DNA from: Smithellaceae bacterium | GTDB lineage: Bacteria > Desulfobacterota > Syntrophia > Syntrophales > Smithellaceae | Assembly (NCBI GenBank): GCA_963667845.2 | Contig: CAXXVL010000001.1 | Span: forward strand, 832,001-896,000 | Direction of reading: 5' to 3' | DNA: 64,000 bases | Shown here: one piece after another, positions 18,176 to 28,706 of the stretch | Numbering within the stretch: the first letter of the stretch is position 1 | Layout of the letters: the number at the start of each line of letters is the position of its first letter | The notes under the pieces: generated by a model | Seen by the model: only the letters and a program-made list of their open reading frames with translations | Database searches by the model: none | What the model was told of the DNA's origin: nothing | Position numbers and translations under genes: made by a program

Positions 18176-19354
18176 ATGCTGAAAAAAATATCGATCATTC
18201 TTGTTTTTGTGTTTTGTGTTTTATCATCGGTGCCGGTTTTTGCGGCCAACGGGCGTGTGGCGGAACTGCGAAACGGCAACTACCAGGCCAATCTCCTGGA
18301 GGCGATCAATAAATCGTTTAATCAGGACGCCGCGGGCGCCGATGCTGCACTCAAAAAATCTCTGGACATGGAACCGGACAATCCGCTGGGTTACGCTCTG
18401 GAAGCCATGCTGCATTTGTTTGCCTACGAAATGTGTTTTACGCTGGCCGAGCGGCAGAAGGAAAGGGATGCGATCATCTTTTATTCTGAAGCGGCTCTTT
18501 TTCGCGGAGAAAAACGAATTGCCGAACATCCCAAAGACAGCAAGGCCAATTTGGCCATAGGGCTGGCCAAGATCGCCAAAGTGCATTGGGCCATCAAGGA
18601 AAAAAAATATCTGGTCATGGCTCAGGAAACGTCGCATGTCTGGAAATATCTCGAAACGGCGAAGGCCGCCGATCCGAGTAATTACGACGTCGATTTTTTG
18701 ATGGGTCTGCTCCACTACCACATTGACCACTTTCCGGGCGTAACCGGTTTCCTGTCTTCATACCTCATCACGAAGGGAGATCGGCAAAAGGGCCTTCAGG
18801 AAATACAAACAGCGGCGCAAAAAGGATATCTGCTTAAGGATATCGCGCAGGTGGAACTGGCGACGGTCTATCTCAGCTATGAGAGGCAGCCGGCGAAAGC
18901 CCTGCCTGTTATCCAGGAGCTCAACCGGCGGTTTCCGGATAACTACAATTTCTATTTTACCCTGGGCGTGACGCTGGCTGAATTGAAGCGTTTTGCGGAG
19001 GCGGAAGCCGTGGCCGCGCGAATCGAAAAGAGCATCAGCTCCGGCGCGCCGTCTTTCGTCCCCGAGCTCCGGCCGCGTTATTACCAGCTGCTGGGGCGAA
19101 TCCATTTCAACCGCGGGGAATACGGCCGGGCGGAATCCAATTTTCAAAAAGCGATGCAGGATAAGTCATTCTACAACATCCGCACCATGGCCCGGTCGTT
19201 GCTTTACCTGGGCATGATCCATGACATCCGCCAGGAGCGCAAATATGCGGAGGACTATTACAGGCGGGTGCTCAATGTCGAAGGCGCCGATGGAGCGGCG
19301 CGCCTGGAAGCAGCCGCATATCTGAAGATCCCTTTTCAGGCGAACAGCAAATGA
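18176..19354 (+). CDS. Secreted tetratricopeptide-repeat protein
   Basis: Signal peptide (..PVFA); TPR-like helices (EPDNPLGY, DPSNYD..F.MG, FPDN...YF.LG, YYQLLG.IHF..G.Y..A). Confidence 0.8.
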   Translation: MLKKISIILVFVFCVLSSVPVFAANGRVAELRNGNYQANLLEAINKSFNQDAAGADAALKKSLDMEPDNPLGYALEAMLHLFAYEMCFTLAERQKERDAIIFYSEAALFRGEKRIAEHPKDSKANLAIGLAKIAKVHWAIKEKKYLVMAQETSHVWKYLETAKAADPSNYDVDFLMGLLHYHIDHFPGVTGFLSSYLITKGDRQKGLQEIQTAAQKGYLLKDIAQVELATVYLSYERQPAKALPVIQELNRRFPDNYNFYFTLGVTLAELKRFAEAEAVAARIEKSISSGAPSFVPELRPRYYQLLGRIHFNRGEYGRAESNFQKAMQDKSFYNIRTMARSLLYLGMIHDIRQERKYAEDYYRRVLNVEGADGAARLEAAAYLKIPFQANSK

Positions 19355-19360
19355 GTGGAA

Positions 19361-19416
19361 TGGTGGATAGTGAATAGTGGATAGTGAATGGTGGATGGTG
19401 GATAGTGAATAGTGGA
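19361..19416 (+). repeat. Tandem heptamer array, 8 x TRGTGRA
   Basis: TGGTGGA TAGTGAA TAGTGGA TAGTGAA TGGTGGA TGGTGGA TAGTGAA TAGTGGA between the TPR gene and uvrB. Confidence 0.9.
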
Positions 19417-19454
19417 TAGCGGCTTAAGCATCCAAGGATTGTACGAAAGACAAA

Positions 19455-21449
19455 ATGGAAAAGTTTTCACTCATTACGGATTTTATCCCGAGCGGGGATC
19501 AGCCGCAGGCCATCGATAAACTGACTGAGGGATTGGTTGACGGCAAGGGCCATCAAGTGCTTTTAGGTGTGACCGGCTCCGGCAAAACCTTCACCATTGC
19601 CAATGTCATCGCGCGTGCCGGACGAACGGCGCTGGTCATCGCACATAATAAAACGCTGGCCGCGCAGTTGTATGAAGAATTCAAAGGCCTTTTCCCGGAC
19701 AACGCTGTGGAATACTTCGTCAGCTATTACGACTACTATCAACCGGAAGCTTACCTGCCGACCACCGACACCTATATTGAAAAAGATTCCGCGATCAACG
19801 AGGAAATCGACAAGCTGCGCCACGCGGCGACGTACGCGCTGCTGACGCGCCGGGACGTCATCATTGTCGCCAGTGTATCCTGCATCTATGGCCTGGGTTC
19901 GCCTGAGTCGTATCTGGGCATGATCGTCCAGCTGGAAGTGGGCAAAGAAATCCCCCGCGAAGAGATATTGAAGCGGCTCATTGAAATTCAGTATGAACGA
20001 AACGACATCGATTTTCACCGGGGGACGTTTCGCGTGCGCGGCGATGTGGTCGAAATCTTTCCTCCGTACGAAGATGAGCAGGCGCTCCGGATAGAATTTT
20101 TCGGCGACATGATCGAAGCCATATACCTGATCGATCCTCTCCGCGGTAAAAAGCTTGGAGCGCTCTCCAAAACCGCCATTTATCCCAGCAGCCACTATGT
20201 TACGACGCAGGATAATCTCAAGCGGGCTACCGCCGATATCCGCGCGGAGCTGGCCGTGACACTGGCCGAACTCAAGGCCCAGAACAAACTCGTGGAGGCG
20301 CAGCGCCTCGAGCAGCGCACCAACTTTGATCTGGAGATGATGGAAGAGATGGGCTACTGCCAGGGCATCGAAAACTATTCCCGCCACCTGACGGGCCGCA
20401 AGCCCGGTGAACCGCCGCCGACGCTCATGGAATACCTGCCGAAAGACGCTTTGATCATTATCGATGAAAGCCACGCCACGCTGCCGCAGGTGGCCGGCAT
20501 GTTCCGCGGCGACCGGTCGCGGAAGGAAACGCTAGTGAAATACGGGTTTCGTCTGCCCTCCGCGCTGGACAACCGTCCCTTGCGCTTTGAAGAATACGAG
20601 GCTCTGCCCAACCAGCGAATTTATATTTCGGCGACGCCGGCCGTTTACGAGATGGAAAAAGCGCGCGGTATCCGCGTGGAGCAGATCATCCGTCCCACGG
20701 GACTCATGGACCCGGTAATCGAAATTAAACCCGCCCGGCAGCAGGTGGACGATCTGCTGGAAGAAATCCGCCTGCGCGTCAAAAAAGAGGAGCGTGTGCT
20801 CGTGACCACACTGACCAAACGCATGGCGGAAAATTTGACGGATTATTACAGCGGCCTGGGCATCCGCGTGCGCTATCTCCATTCCGACATTCACACACTC
20901 GAACGCGTCAGCATCATCCGCGATTTGCGTCTGGGAGAGTTTGACGTACTGGTCGGCGTCAATTTGCTGCGCGAAGGTCTTGATATTCCCGAGGTGTCGC
21001 TGGTGGCGATCCTCGACGCCGACAAGGAAGGTTTTCTGCGCTCTGAACGATCACTCATTCAGACAAGCGGCCGCGCTGCCAGAAACGTGAACGGCAAGGT
21101 GATCATGTATGCGGATAAAATCACCAGATCCATTCAGGCCTGCCTTGATGAAACGGCCCGCCGCCGCACCATCCAGGCAAGATATAACGAAGAAAACAAT
21201 ATCACGCCCGAAACCATCAAAAAAACGATCAGCAACGTTCTCGGTTCCATCTACGAAGCCGATTATGTGACGATACCCGTGGATAGCAGAGGGAAAGCCA
21301 TTCCGGAAAGAGAAGAAGATCTGCCGGTGCTCATTAAGAAACTGACGGCGGATATGAAGCAGGCGGCAAAAGATCTGGAATTCGAAAAAGCCGCTGGGCT
21401 TCGCGATGAAATCAAAGAACTGAACAAAATCCTGATCGAGATGGGCTAG
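19455..21449 (+). CDS. uvrB: Excinuclease ABC subunit B
   Basis: [51 protein letters not shown]-terminal UVR domain. Confidence 0.98.
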   Translation: MEKFSLITDFIPSGDQPQAIDKLTEGLVDGKGHQVLLGVTGSGKTFTIANVIARAGRTALVIAHNKTLAAQLYEEFKGLFPDNAVEYFVSYYDYYQPEAYLPTTDTYIEKDSAINEEIDKLRHAATYALLTRRDVIIVASVSCIYGLGSPESYLGMIVQLEVGKEIPREEILKRLIEIQYERNDIDFHRGTFRVRGDVVEIFPPYEDEQALRIEFFGDMIEAIYLIDPLRGKKLGALSKTAIYPSSHYVTTQDNLKRATADIRAELAVTLAELKAQNKLVEAQRLEQRTNFDLEMMEEMGYCQGIENYSRHLTGRKPGEPPPTLMEYLPKDALIIIDESHATLPQVAGMFRGDRSRKETLVKYGFRLPSALDNRPLRFEEYEALPNQRIYISATPAVYEMEKARGIRVEQIIRPTGLMDPVIEIKPARQQVDDLLEEIRLRVKKEERVLVTTLTKRMAENLTDYYSGLGIRVRYLHSDIHTLERVSIIRDLRLGEFDVLVGVNLLREGLDIPEVSLVAILDADKEGFLRSERSLIQTSGRAARNVNGKVIMYADKITRSIQACLDETARRRTIQARYNEENNITPETIKKTISNVLGSIYEADYVTIPVDSRGKAIPEREEDLPVLIKKLTADMKQAAKDLEFEKAAGLRDEIKELNKILIEMG

Positions 21450-21499
21450 CAGAATATTTCGCCAAAAGCATCAAGGCAGTTGGTCACAGAGAGCCGATC

Positions 21500-21817
21500 A
21501 TGAAACAAACGCAATCCCTGTCAACGTCCCGCTGGTCCGGTCGGGTCACCCGCGAGAGCAATGCCCTGGATCTGGAAAGCGGCGTATTCACGTGGTCCGA
21601 TCCCGTGAAGATCGCGCAGTCTCTTAAAGAATCAGCCGAACGCAGCACTCGCCGCAAAGCGCCGCCCTATCAATCCGCCATGTCCATGCTCGTGTTTTAT
21701 ATCAACCGGGCGGGCAGAAACCTCGATGAAGAACAGCGCGGGATTCTGGAACAGGCTAAAGAAGAGCTGCGCCGGTTATACGGCAGGACCGGCGGGTTCG
21801 TCCTGAGCGGCAGATGA
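21500..21817 (+). CDS. DUF3175 family protein
   Basis: WSGRVT..SNALDLE.GVF, IA.SLK.SAE.S.RRK..PYQSAMSML.FYINRAG.NL. Confidence 0.85.
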   Translation: MKQTQSLSTSRWSGRVTRESNALDLESGVFTWSDPVKIAQSLKESAERSTRRKAPPYQSAMSMLVFYINRAGRNLDEEQRGILEQAKEELRRLYGRTGGFVLSGR

Positions 21818-21868
21818 GCCTGCATGCCGCCGTCGTTTGAACCGCGGAAGCCCAGACATCCCCGCAAC

Positions 21869-24339
21869 CCTTACGCCAGAATGGTTCCCGTTTTGATGAT
21901 GTTGACGCTCTGAATCTGATTGTCCGGAAAGCCCAGAAGATGTACAATGATGTCGATGGGCCGAACGGAACCCGCCTGGGCGTGGCGCAGAGTCACGGCC
22001 ACTTTTTTCTGCCCGGGGTTAAGGGTCATCGCCTCGACAAAGGGACGGATGTCCCGGATGACCGTCTTTCCTTTGGACAGCCTGGAAATCGGAAATGATG
22101 AGGCGGCCAGAAATTGTTCGATGCCGCAAGCGATGTCGCTCAACTTTTGATCGTCTATATCCGGGGGCAGCATCAGCTCATAGGTAAAACCATAAAGCGC
22201 GCGGGCCAGGTCTTTCGCGACATAGGAAAGCAATTGAATGTCCGTGATCTCCACGCCCTCGGGCAGCGCGGCGTTGATTTCGTTTTTCAATACAGACAGG
22301 TTCTGCGGATACTCGAGGGCTGTGACGTCCATATATTCCTGACAACTGGCCATTCCCACCGCTGTGGCGGTGGCGAAGGATATTTTCGGATGCGGATGAA
22401 AGCCTTCCGAATAGGCAAGAGAAAGCGAGCTGCGGCGCAGGGCGCGGGTGAGCGCCGCTGCCAGTTCCAGATGAGACAGAAATCGCGAGCGGCCCATCTT
22501 GGTAAAGCTCAGACGATAAACTTTTTCCCGAACGAGAGCCGGTTTTTTCTCGCTCGCCCCGGTGATTTGCGGGGTCTGATCCGAAAAAATATTTTTAACG
22601 TCTTTAAAATCGCAGACGCCGCAATTCTGACAAGCATCGTAGCGGCAATCCGGCGTCGCCGTTTGTTCATCGGCTTTTTGCCTTTCGGCGAGAAGAAAAT
22701 CACGGCTTACGCCGCAGTCGATGTTGTCCCAGGGCAGAGGTTCGCCGGTCGACCGGTTACACAAATAGTTGCCGGCGTCAATCCCCGTTTCCGCGAAGGC
22801 TTCCTGCCAGAGATCAAAACGAAATATTTCGCTCCAGCCGTCAAAGCGGCAGCCCTTCCGAAAGGCGCATAAGAGAAGGTCTCCGATCTTTTCATCGCCT
22901 CGGGAAAACAGGCCTTCCAGAAGGCTCATCCGCGCATCGTGCCATTTGACGCTGAGATTGCGGTTATTCATCCGCTGGCGGATAAACTTCTGCCGCGCGT
23001 ACGTTTCGTCGACCGTCAACTGCTTGTCCCACTGGAAGGGCGTGTGCGGCTTGGGAACGAAGGTCGAGAGGCTCACGGTAACCTGGCCGCGGTGACGGGC
23101 CGCGCGCAGGGCCTGGTAGGCGAGATCGATGATGCCCGCGAGGTCGCTTTCTTCCTCCCCGGGCAGGCCGATCATGAAATACAGTTTGATGGATTTCCAG
23201 CCCGCGGCAAAAATCTTATCCACAGATGCGAGCAGATCCTCGGCGGTGTTGCCCTTGTTGATTACCCGGCGCATTTTATCGGTTCCCGCTTCCGGCGCCA
23301 GGGTGAAACTGGTCTTGCGCGTGCGCTTGATTTCTTCGATCAGCGTCTCGCTCAGCGACTCGACGCGCAATGACGGCAGCGCGAGGGCGACCCTTTCGGC
23401 ATAATGTTTTTGCATGAGATTCTGAATCAGCGGCTCGATGCAGCTGTAGTCTCCGGAGCTGAGCGCCAAAAGCGAGACTTCATCGTGGCCCGTCGAACGG
23501 AGCGCCTGGTCGGCCATGTCCGCAATCAGCTGCGCATTTCTTTCCCGGTAAGGACGCCAGAGCATGCCCGCCTGGCAGAAACGGCACCCGCGGGTGCAGC
23601 CGCGGGCGATTTCCAGCACGATGCGGTCATGAACGGTTTGCATGAGCGGCACGACGGGCGCCACGGGATGAGGCCAGAGATTGATATCGATCGGTTTTCT
23701 TTTTGTGATCCGCGTATGCTTTCCATGCACGGCGGGGACATAGACACCGTCGATTGCCGAAAGCGCGTTAAGCAATTGGGCGCGAGACCCCTTTTGTTTT
23801 TTCGCGGCTGCGACGGCGGCGGAGATTTCGGCAACCACTTCTTCGCCTTCACCGATGACAAAAGCGTCGATGAAAGCGGAAAGCGGTGCGGGGTTGAACG
23901 TGCAGGGCCCGCCGGCGATAACGAGGGGGTGACGGTCGAGGCGCTCCCCCGATTTGAGCGGGATGCCTCCCAGGTCGAGCATGCCCAGCATATTGGTATA
24001 GGACAGTTCATATTGCAGCGAAAAACCGATCAGATCAAAATCGTCCATCGGGCTTACGGATTCGAGCGATGTGAGAGGAAGATGGTGTGTGCGCAATTGC
24101 TGCTCCCGATCCGGCCAGGGCGCAAAACAACGTTCGGCGGAAACCTGGGGAAGGGCGTTCAGAACGGCATACAGGATCTGCAGCCCCAGATGCGACATGC
24201 CCACTTCATAGGTGTCGGGGAAGGCCAGTAAAAAGCGCACATCGGCCGCGTCTTTGCGGATGGTATTCACTTCCGCGCCGATGTAACGGCTGGGCTTTTC
24301 GGCGCCGGACAACAGCGCATCGATCGTCTCTTGAGTCAT
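21869..24339 (-). CDS. TIGR03960-type radical SAM protein fused to DUF2344 (TIGR03936)
   Basis: KPSRYIG.E, FPDTYEVGMSHLG, CTRGCRFC, FTLAPEAG, FVPKPHTPFQW; C-terminal RFLSHLE...YSEGFHPHPKISF. ORF-track stop at 21871. Confidence 0.92.
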
Positions 24340-24374
24340 GATTCATTTTCCGTTTCGTATTGTTTGCCGCCGGG

Positions 24375-24776
24375 TTATTTTGCCTGTTCCGGAGGAGGGG
24401 GAGCCGCCTGATACTTGAAGGGGTTTTGTTTTACGTCCCGCAGAATGGACAATGTCATTTTCCGTGCGAAATTGGGCGACGAGAGATAATTCAGGGAGTT
24501 CTTCTTAAACGTCTCCAGAAGTTCGGTGCGGACGGATGCGCAATCGGCATCGTAGACAAAAGACCGTTCCAGTTTGTGCTCATAGGTCAATTCTTCACCG
24601 AAAATATTTTTCAGCTTCAGATAGTCATCGGCCGAGGCAAAAAAAGACTCCTGCATATCGATCTTTATCCGAAAGCAAACTTCGACTTTCATGGTGTCTG
24701 CGGCAATGCGCCGGGACAGATCGTAGATCGTAAGGATGAGGCCGTTTGGCAGATCGATAGCTTCGATTAATTCCAT
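24375..24776 (-). CDS. Hypothetical protein
   Basis: ATG 24776 with AGGA RBS; LPNGL.L.IYD.SRRIAAD...YLS.P.FA.K. Confidence 0.65.
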   Translation of the reverse strand: MELIEAIDLPNGLILTIYDLSRRIAADTMKVEVCFRIKIDMQESFFASADDYLKLKNIFGEELTYEHKLERSFVYDADCASVRTELLETFKKNSLNYLSSPNFARKMTLSILRDVKQNPFKYQAAPPPPEQAK

Positions 24777-24953
24777 GGATATATGTTTCCTGCTCGGGCT
24801 TATTTTTCTTGAGGCGTCCTTATCATTTTTATTCTTGACCTGCAATGCCAATCCTTCTATAAGGTGCCCGGTCTCCACCTTGCCGCAGCGGCAAATGAAT
24901 GAATGATGGATCCTGGAGCGCCCCCGGGAATACCGGGAGAATAATCAGCGGGT

Positions 24954-25781
24954 ATGAGTATAACAGCGTCGTCTTCCAAAATAATGGTTTTATGTCAGCC
25001 GGATGCCGGGAAATCCTGCGGGGCCTGCTGCGGTCTCTACAACTACGTGGACAGTTCGCGTGAAGCACTTCTGCAAAGACTGCGTGCCCGCACGAAACGC
25101 TTCCGTGAAATGGTCCAATCACCGGAGGATATCCCGCGCTACGCAGAGGTAACGTTTGCTCGAGAAGATTTCCGTAAAAGGTATGAGGTCATTTACTGCT
25201 GCGAATATCTTGGTTTTCTGGATCCGGGCGAGCGGAAGGTCGGCTGCCTTGTTCACCCGCTGCAGAATAACGGCGTTGATATGCGGACAGGGTCCTTCTA
25301 TGGGCGCGACGTCTGCGCCGGTCATTTGTGCCCCAGCCACTATTTTATTCCCCGCACCCAGCAGCTTATCTTGTTGAAGATTATCGACGACTGGTATCTC
25401 TACGGGTTGTGCCTGACCGACATTGATCTGGTCGTCACCTATTTCCGTTTGATTGCCGACCGGATCGGCGAGGAGCTTAAGCCTGCGGTATTCGATCATC
25501 AGGAGCTTGCGGACATTGCGCTTGGCTATTTCCAGTGGAAGACAACGTGGCCTTTCCGCTCGGCGGAGACCAACCGGCTGGGCAAATACTATTTTGACGG
25601 GTCACAGTATATGATCAGCCACATTGATTACGAAAAATTCGGCAGGGATATATCACCGCTGAACTCCATATTGCTGAGCCTGTCGTCTGAATTTCACAGC
25701 GCGGATGAACTTGCCGCTGCGGAGAGCATGATCTGGGCCCATATCGATCATTTCCTCGCGCGATACCGCGCCATTTTTTGA
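24954..25781 (+). CDS. Cys-rich hypothetical protein (CxxCC, YkgJ/Fe-S-like)
   Basis: LCQPD..KSCGACCGLYN, YCCEYLGF, VGCLVHP, C..H.CPS. Confidence 0.7.
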   Translation: MSITASSSKIMVLCQPDAGKSCGACCGLYNYVDSSREALLQRLRARTKRFREMVQSPEDIPRYAEVTFAREDFRKRYEVIYCCEYLGFLDPGERKVGCLVHPLQNNGVDMRTGSFYGRDVCAGHLCPSHYFIPRTQQLILLKIIDDWYLYGLCLTDIDLVVTYFRLIADRIGEELKPAVFDHQELADIALGYFQWKTTWPFRSAETNRLGKYYFDGSQYMISHIDYEKFGRDISPLNSILLSLSSEFHSADELAAAESMIWAHIDHFLARYRAIF

Positions 25782-25787
25782 TTTTGA

Positions 25788-25817
25788 TTGACAGGCGCAA
25801 GAATACTTGAGTAATAT
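25788..25817 (+). promoter_or_regulatory. Sigma70-type promoter upstream of hpt
   Basis: TTGACA-N18-TAATAT, ~30 nt before the ATG. Confidence 0.5.
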
Positions 25818-25848
25818 TCACTATCAATTTTGCAGGGAGTAGAGCGAT

Positions 25849-26403
25849 ATGTCCGCCCTATCAAAAGAAATACTCGTGAGCCGGTCGGATATTGCCAGGC
25901 GTGTTCAGGAATTAGCCGATGAGATTTCCCGGGATTATGCCGGGGAAGAAATCCTGATCATCGGGGTCCTCAAGGGGGCATTTATTTTTATGGCGGACCT
26001 GGTCCGGTCCATGTCTGTTTCCTGCCAGACGGATTTTATCCGGGCAACCAGTTACGGCGCCGGGTCCGAAAGCTCGGGCAATATCGTGATTACCAAGGAT
26101 GTTGACCTGGAGGTAAAGGGCCGGGATGTCCTGATTATTGAAGACATCGTCGACACGGGTTTGACGCTTAGGCATATTATGGATAAATTAAGGCTCAGGC
26201 AGCCGAAATCCATCAAGGTCTGCGCTTTTCTCGACAAGCGCAAAAGACGAAAAGTGCCTTTTGAGGCGGACTATGTCGGCTTTACCATGGATGACGGGTT
26301 TATTGTCGGTTATGGTTTGGATTTTGGAGAACAGTATCGTTTCCTGCCCGATCTTTATGTGATTTCGACGGAAGATGACGGGAAAAAAGAGGGAGATCAA
26401 TGA
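25849..26403 (+). CDS. hpt: Hypoxanthine phosphoribosyltransferase
   Basis: GVLKGAFIFMADL, SYG, VLIIEDIVDTGLTL, FIVGYGLD..E.YR.LP. Confidence 0.95.
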   Translation: MSALSKEILVSRSDIARRVQELADEISRDYAGEEILIIGVLKGAFIFMADLVRSMSVSCQTDFIRATSYGAGSESSGNIVITKDVDLEVKGRDVLIIEDIVDTGLTLRHIMDKLRLRQPKSIKVCAFLDKRKRRKVPFEADYVGFTMDDGFIVGYGLDFGEQYRFLPDLYVISTEDDGKKEGDQ

Positions 26404-27404
26404 TAGTTCAATGCAAGCAGTGCCGGACGAAATTCCGTTTTGACGATGCTCAGATGGAAGGCGATGGTGTGTGGATGCGCTGCAGCCGCTGCCAGCATGT
26501 TTTCTTCCAGGAGAATCCTCTGAAAATGACTTCTCCAGCCGTCACTGCGCAGGCTCCGCCTGTTTATCATCCCGAGCCTCCGCCCGAAAAGCGCAACGGC
26601 CGATTGGCCTTTGAAGCGGCAGGGGCGGCGCGCCCTTCCGTGAATCGGGATGAGGATGTGAAAGACTTTCTTCAGGACGTGATGACCCAGGAGAAGACGG
26701 CGGACGGCCGATTACAGCCAGAACCCCGATCAACACAGAGAGTCGGGATGAACCTTACGGACATAGAAGTTTCGCCGACGTTTGAAGACCTCGAGGAATC
26801 GGATGAATTTCAGGAAATCGCTGAGGAGGAAACACCGGTTCCGCCTCAGCCGCGTAAGAAAAGCCGCGCCTGGAAGATTGCCCTCTTTGCGATTCTAGTC
26901 ATCATTGTTATTCCGGCCGTCATCTATTTTGTTGTTTTCCCGCAGCTGGGCGATCGCTATATTCAGATTGCCCGCAAATATGCCGGTGTTTCGCAGCAGC
27001 CCGGAGGCCCGTCTGTGATAGGACAGATCAAACTTCAGGATATCCGGCAGCGGGTCATTAACAATTATATTCTGGGCAACATCAGGATCGTGGAGGGGAC
27101 TGCGGTTAATCAGGCGGATTTTTCAATCGCCCGCATCATGGTTAAAGCCGAAATACTCGACGCCTATGCGGTTGTTCTGGATGAGAAGGTGAGCTACGCA
27201 GGCAACGTTCTGACCGATGAAGAACTGACCAATATGTCCGAAGAAGATATCGTGAAAAGATTAGCCCTGCCGGAAGGCCGCAACAATTCCAATGAGCGGG
27301 TCATTCCCAACAGTCGGATCCCTTTTATGATCGTTTTTCCGCGGGATCCGCAGGGTACCATCAAAACAACGGTGACCATCGCCGGCGCCGAGCGTCTGCT
27401 TTAG
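26400..27404 (+). CDS. MJ0042-type zinc-ribbon / DUF3426 membrane protein
   Basis: CKQC...RCSRCQHVF, acidic/Pro linker, one TM helix, C-terminal IPFMIVF; ATGA overlap with hpt. Confidence 0.85.
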   Translation: MIVQCKQCRTKFRFDDAQMEGDGVWMRCSRCQHVFFQENPLKMTSPAVTAQAPPVYHPEPPPEKRNGRLAFEAAGAARPSVNRDEDVKDFLQDVMTQEKTADGRLQPEPRSTQRVGMNLTDIEVSPTFEDLEESDEFQEIAEEETPVPPQPRKKSRAWKIALFAILVIIVIPAVIYFVVFPQLGDRYIQIARKYAGVSQQPGGPSVIGQIKLQDIRQRVINNYILGNIRIVEGTAVNQADFSIARIMVKAEILDAYAVVLDEKVSYAGNVLTDEELTNMSEEDIVKRLALPEGRNNSNERVIPNSRIPFMIVFPRDPQGTIKTTVTIAGAERLL

Positions 27405-27433
27405 CTCGCAGGCCATCACCTGAACGTGACACG

Positions 27434-27475
27434 TAGCTCATAGGTCATGGCTCATCGCTCGTAGCTCATAGGGCA
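27434..27475 (+). repeat. Tandem heptamer array, 6 x TAGCTCA-like
   Basis: TAGCTCA TAGGTCA TGGCTCA TCGCTCG TAGCTCA TAGGGCA. Confidence 0.8.
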
Positions 27476-27547
27476 CATGGGGTCAACCGGTTGTTCCCTG
27501 ACAGGTGATTTGATTTTGAACTAGAAAGAAGTAAAAGGTAAAATGTT

Positions 27548-28426
27548 TTGAGATACGAAGGAAATATTTTCCGGCCATTCAGCGAAGCGAACAGCTATCT
27601 GCTTCAATGCACCGTCGGTTGCTCCCATAATCAATGCACCTTCTGCAGTATGTATAAGGACAAGAAATATCGTGTGCGCGAGACCGCGGAGATTATGGAA
27701 GACATCCGCATGGCCAAAGATTCCTACGGCGATGTGGAAAAAGTCTTTTTGTGCGACGGCGATGCGATTGCCATCGAGACGGAAACGCTGCTTAGCATCC
27801 TCCATACCCTTTATGCAACATTTCCTTCGCTTCGGCATGTCGGCAGCTACGTCGGGCCGCAAAGCACGCTTGCGAAATCGCCTGAAGAATTGAGCGCGCT
27901 TAGAAAAGCGGGGCTCACGAAAGCATACATCGGTGTGGAGACCGGCGATGACGAGTTGCTTAGGAAAGTCAAAAAAGGCGTGGGCTACGCCGAAATGCTC
28001 CTGGCCGGACAACGGCTCGTGGAATCGGATATCAATCTATCCGTCATGGTTTTACTGGGACTGGCCGGTCCCGGCGAAGCGTCCGTGCGCCATGCGCTGG
28101 CGACAGCACGGATCTGCAATGAGATGAAACCACAGTACCTGGCTGCGCTGACCGTGACACCGGTTCCGGGAACTGTTCTGTACCGTCAGATGCAGAAGGG
28201 TGAATTTCAGCTGCTGGACCCGTTTGAGACGCTGGCCGAAATGAAAGTGATCTTCGAAAATATTACCATGGACCCTCTTAAATTTGTCGGTACGCACGCC
28301 TCCAATTATCTGCCCATTGTCGGCACGCTGCAAAAAGACAAGCAAAAAATGATCGCCCTGGTCGACAACGTTCTGTCCAGCCGGGACGAAAGACTGCTGC
28401 GTTCCGATTACCAGCGCGGCCTCTAG
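27548..28426 (+). CDS. Radical SAM protein
   Basis: YEG.IFRP.SEA.S, CSHNQCTFC, FLCDGDA, G.ETGDD, HASNYL; TTG start. Confidence 0.9.
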   Translation: MRYEGNIFRPFSEANSYLLQCTVGCSHNQCTFCSMYKDKKYRVRETAEIMEDIRMAKDSYGDVEKVFLCDGDAIAIETETLLSILHTLYATFPSLRHVGSYVGPQSTLAKSPEELSALRKAGLTKAYIGVETGDDELLRKVKKGVGYAEMLLAGQRLVESDINLSVMVLLGLAGPGEASVRHALATARICNEMKPQYLAALTVTPVPGTVLYRQMQKGEFQLLDPFETLAEMKVIFENITMDPLKFVGTHASNYLPIVGTLQKDKQKMIALVDNVLSSRDERLLRSDYQRGL

Positions 28427-28687
28427 CAGGCTGTTGAAAAAGGCTCATAACCTAAAGTCACGCGTACCCTAAAGGGCACGCGTATACTGCGTTGCGCTTC
28501 GGCTCTCGCATGCTCACGTACGTTTGAGTACGCTCCGCTGCTCCATCCTCGCGCCGCCTTGTCTCTAAGCCTTTTGTTTCGCCTTCGGCCAGAACCGGCA
28601 GGGAAAAGGCTTTAGGCACAATTGCGCCTCCCTACGGGAACGCGCCCCCGGCGGATAGCCTACACCAGCAGGTTTTTCAACACTTTG
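28427..28687. mobile_element. 261-bp MITE (family B) flanked by CTAG
   Basis: CTAG at 28423-26 and 28688-91; TIR CAGGCTGTTGAAAAA vs CAAAGTGTTGAAAAA (12/15); core TCACGTAC-N6-GTACGCTCC; no long ORF. Confidence 0.8.
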
Positions 28688-28706
28688 CTAGTCGACACGA
28701 TTCCCT

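Noticed and set aside
19361..19416. Repeat arrays as a possible CRISPR
   Set aside because: 7-bp tandem units without spacers; no cas genes in the window.
19417..19454. SOS/LexA box upstream of uvrB
   Set aside because: No recognisable dyad motif.
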